Shown here in pieces: positions 62,125 to 64,000 of a stretch of 64,000 nucleotides of DNA. The position numbers and the translations under genes are program-made. Numbering within the stretch: the stretch's first letter is position 1; the number at the start of each line of letters is the position of its first letter. The DNA comes from an uncultured virus (IMG/VR IMGVR_UViG_3300048576_000587) (Duplodnaviria; Heunggongvirae; Uroviricota; Caudoviricetes), in the IMG/VR virus record IMGVR_UViG_3300048576_000587; one strand, written 5' to 3'. The notes beneath the pieces were generated by a model. That model saw only the letters and a program-made list of their open reading frames with translations, had not been told where the DNA came from and searched no databases.

Positions 62125-64000
62125 ATGGCCAAGTTTACAAATTTGACTATGACCGAAAATGGTCTGACTTTGCAAATCAAAGCCCAGTCCGGTACTCAAT
62201 TGAAGTTTACCAAGGTCGCCATTGGTGATGGGACTTTGGATGAAGGTGAAAGTTTAAATGGTTTAATTCAGTTGAAAAAAGAAAGAATGTCGACGGCTAT
62301 CGGCAATTTATCCATCGAAAACGGTTCTACAGTTATTAAAGCCAATTTTTCCAATAAAGACTTGACTGAGAGTTTCTATTTAAGGGAATTGGGCATTTTC
62401 GCCAATGATCCCGACGCGGGGGAAATTTTGTACGCCGTAACCTATGATGAAAAACAGGGAGATTATTTACCGGCTTATAACGGCAGTGAAGTTGTAGAGC
62501 AGGTGTTCACTCTTTCACTGATAGTATGTAGCGCCACTGATGTGACGGCTACCTTTGCGGAGTCGATCTATGTTTTGAGAGCCGGCGAAACTATGACCGG
62601 ACCGTTGGTTTTGAGTGGGGACCCTACTACAGATTTAGGGGCTGCAACGAAACATTATGTGGATAATTGTACAGTGGATAATATCCAAGGTTTCATTAAA
62701 TCCCTGATCGTTGCCTCAGGAAAAACAATAACTACTGGGGATGTAGTGCGGATGATTAATGGGGGGATTGAAAAAGCTGTAAATCAACAAATGGGACCTC
62801 CAGTAATATTTGAGAATAATAAAATCGGGGAAATAACAGCATGTGTTTTGGATAGTAAACGAGTACTTTTAGCCTATCGAAATGAAAATAATTCCGGTTA
62901 TGGTACTGCGATAGTATTATCTATTTCCGGCACTACGATTACTACCGGTACAGCAGTAGTATTTAATAGCGGATCTACTGACTTTATAAGAACATGTGTT
63001 TTGGATAGTGGACGAGTACTGGTAGTATATGAAAATCTAAATAATTCATCTTATGGCACTGCAGTAATATTAACTATTTCTGGTACAATAATCACTGTTG
63101 GAACAGCAACAGTGATTATTAATACTACATACACTTATATTCATTCCATATGTATGTTAAATAGTGAGCGAGTATTGGTGGTATATTCAATTGGAAACAG
63201 TCCTTATTATGGCGCTGCAGTAATATTAACTGTTTCCAATACCACGCTGACTACCGGTTCGGTAACAGTATTTAATAATAAATTTACTAGTAGTATATCT
63301 GCATGTGTTTTAGATAGCAGCCGGGTGTTGGTAGCATATGAAGATGTAGATGATTCTCATTACAGCAAAGCAGTAATATTGACTGTTTCTGGAACTACAA
63401 TCACTGTCGGTACGACAATAGTATTTAATAATGCATACACAAGTGGAATATCCGCATGTACTTTGGATAATGGACGAGTGTTAGTGGCATATGAGGATGT
63501 AAATAATTCTTATTATGGCAAAGCAGTAATATTGACTGTTTCCGGAATTGCGATCACCGTCGGTACAGCAATAGTATTTAATAATGCAAAGACTTATAGT
63601 ATATCCACATGCGCTTTGGATAATGGAAGAGTATTAGTGGCGTATGGAAGCCAAGATAGTTTCGGCGCTATGGTAATATTAACTACATCCGGTGCTAACA
63701 TATTTTCCAATGTTCCGAAAATATTTGCGAATGCGCGTATTTATTTAATATCTGCTTACATTTTTAGTAATAATCGAGTACTGCTAACATGGGCGTTATA
63801 TGCTGGTAATAATATATTATGGGGTTACGATTACAAATGCGGTACTGCGGCAATTATAGATATGGCGCCTTCGATGAGTGGAATATGTGGAATTGCAAAT
63901 GAGAGTAAAACGAATGGAGAGTTGTGTAAAGTTTCAATCGGCCCAATCATAACCCGGTTATCAGGATTGATAACCGGAGCAACTTATTATTTGAATGAAA
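62125..64000 (+). CDS. Tail fibre with P2 gpH-like N-terminus and seven tandem repeats (3' end outside the window; absent from the ORF track)
   Basis: GGAGG RBS and ATG 62125; MAKFTNLTMTENG...FTKVAIGDG...FYLRELGIFANDPD.GEILYA; read by eye with no in-frame stop to the edge. Confidence 0.85.
   Translation, partial: MAKFTNLTMTENGLTLQIKAQSGTQLKFTKVAIGDGTLDEGESLNGLIQLKKERMSTAIGNLSIENGSTVIKANFSNKDLTESFYLRELGIFANDPDAGEILYAVTYDEKQGDYLPAYNGSEVVEQVFTLSLIVCSATDVTATFAESIYVLRAGETMTGPLVLSGDPTTDLGAATKHYVDNCTVDNIQGFIKSLIVASGKTITTGDVVRMINGGIEKAVNQQMGPPVIFENNKIGEITACVLDSKRVLLAYRNENNSGYGTAIVLSISGTTITTGTAVVFNSGSTDFIRTCVLDSGRVLVVYENLNNSSYGTAVILTISGTIITVGTATVIINTTYTYIHSICMLNSERVLVVYSIGNSPYYGAAVILTVSNTTLTTGSVTVFNNKFTSSISACVLDSSRVLVAYEDVDDSHYSKAVILTVSGTTITVGTTIVFNNAYTSGISACTLDNGRVLVAYEDVNNSYYGKAVILTVSGIAITVGTAIVFNNAKTYSISTCALDNGRVLVAYGSQDSFGAMVILTTSGANIFSNVPKIFANARIYLISAYIFSNNRVLLTWALYAGNNILWGYDYKCGTAAIIDMAPSMSGICGIANESKTNGELCKVSIGPIITRLSGLITGATYYLNE
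62800..63860 (+). repeat. Seven tandem coding repeats of about 153 bp (about 51 aa)
   Basis: Unit (S)AC.LD..RVLVAY......YG.AVILT.SG.TIT.GT..VFN recurring at about 62840, 62993, 63149, 63302, 63455, 63608 and 63755. Confidence 0.9.

Larger units (their letters stand above)
53108..64000 (+). other. Headless contractile tail cluster 2 (P2/Mu type), truncated at window edge
   Basis: Sheath, tube, chaperone, tape measure, X, D, V, U, W, J, I and fibre; no head genes upstream. Confidence 0.85.

Noticed and set aside
1..64000. CRISPR array
   Set aside because: No run of identical 25-40 bp repeats with unique spacers; the repeats seen are in-frame coding repeats or operators
17031..64000. A single myovirus using the upstream head with the downstream contractile tails
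   Set aside because: The head module already has its own short-tail, ejection and lysis genes, and the tail clusters lack head-tail joining genes; cross-use cannot be excluded but is unsupported
39448..64000. T6SS or canonical eCIS (Afp/PVC) call
   Set aside because: No TssJLM/ClpV, no Afp15-like ATPase or DUF4157 protein; gene families and order match phage PBSX and P2 tails

Overview
The window holds three adjacent phage-derived modules, most likely from a Bacillota (Firmicutes) host. That host is possibly diderm, inferred from a Firmicute-type LexA box together with a beta-barrel-like moron. (1) About 1-39,000 is a near-complete temperate prophage with podovirus-like architecture, inserted at the 3' end of a tmRNA or Ala-identity RNA. 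It carries a large serine integrase, a cI/cro switch, an ERF/SMC-like/UvrD/DnaQ recombination-replication block, terminase, P22-like portal, capsid, short-tail and collar-fibre genes, a GNAT, three ejection-type proteins and a lysis cassette. (2) About 39,450-52,950 is a headless PBSX/Xkd-type contractile tail cluster with three alternative fibres. (3) From about 53,100 to beyond the right edge is a second headless P2/Mu-type contractile tail cluster ending in a fibre with seven tandem repeats. The most notable items are: the tandem capsid-less contractile tails (candidate double tailocin locus); twin homologous long-stem RNA structures after cro; a promoter-structured RNA-terminator unit before terS; a LexA-boxed promoter aimed antisense into cI; a stand-alone, apparently catalytically altered resolvase domain fused in operon to the integrase; and a DUF2829 (Tad2-family) gene broken by an in-frame amber codon. 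All functional calls come from motif recognition and synteny by eye; no database searches were run.
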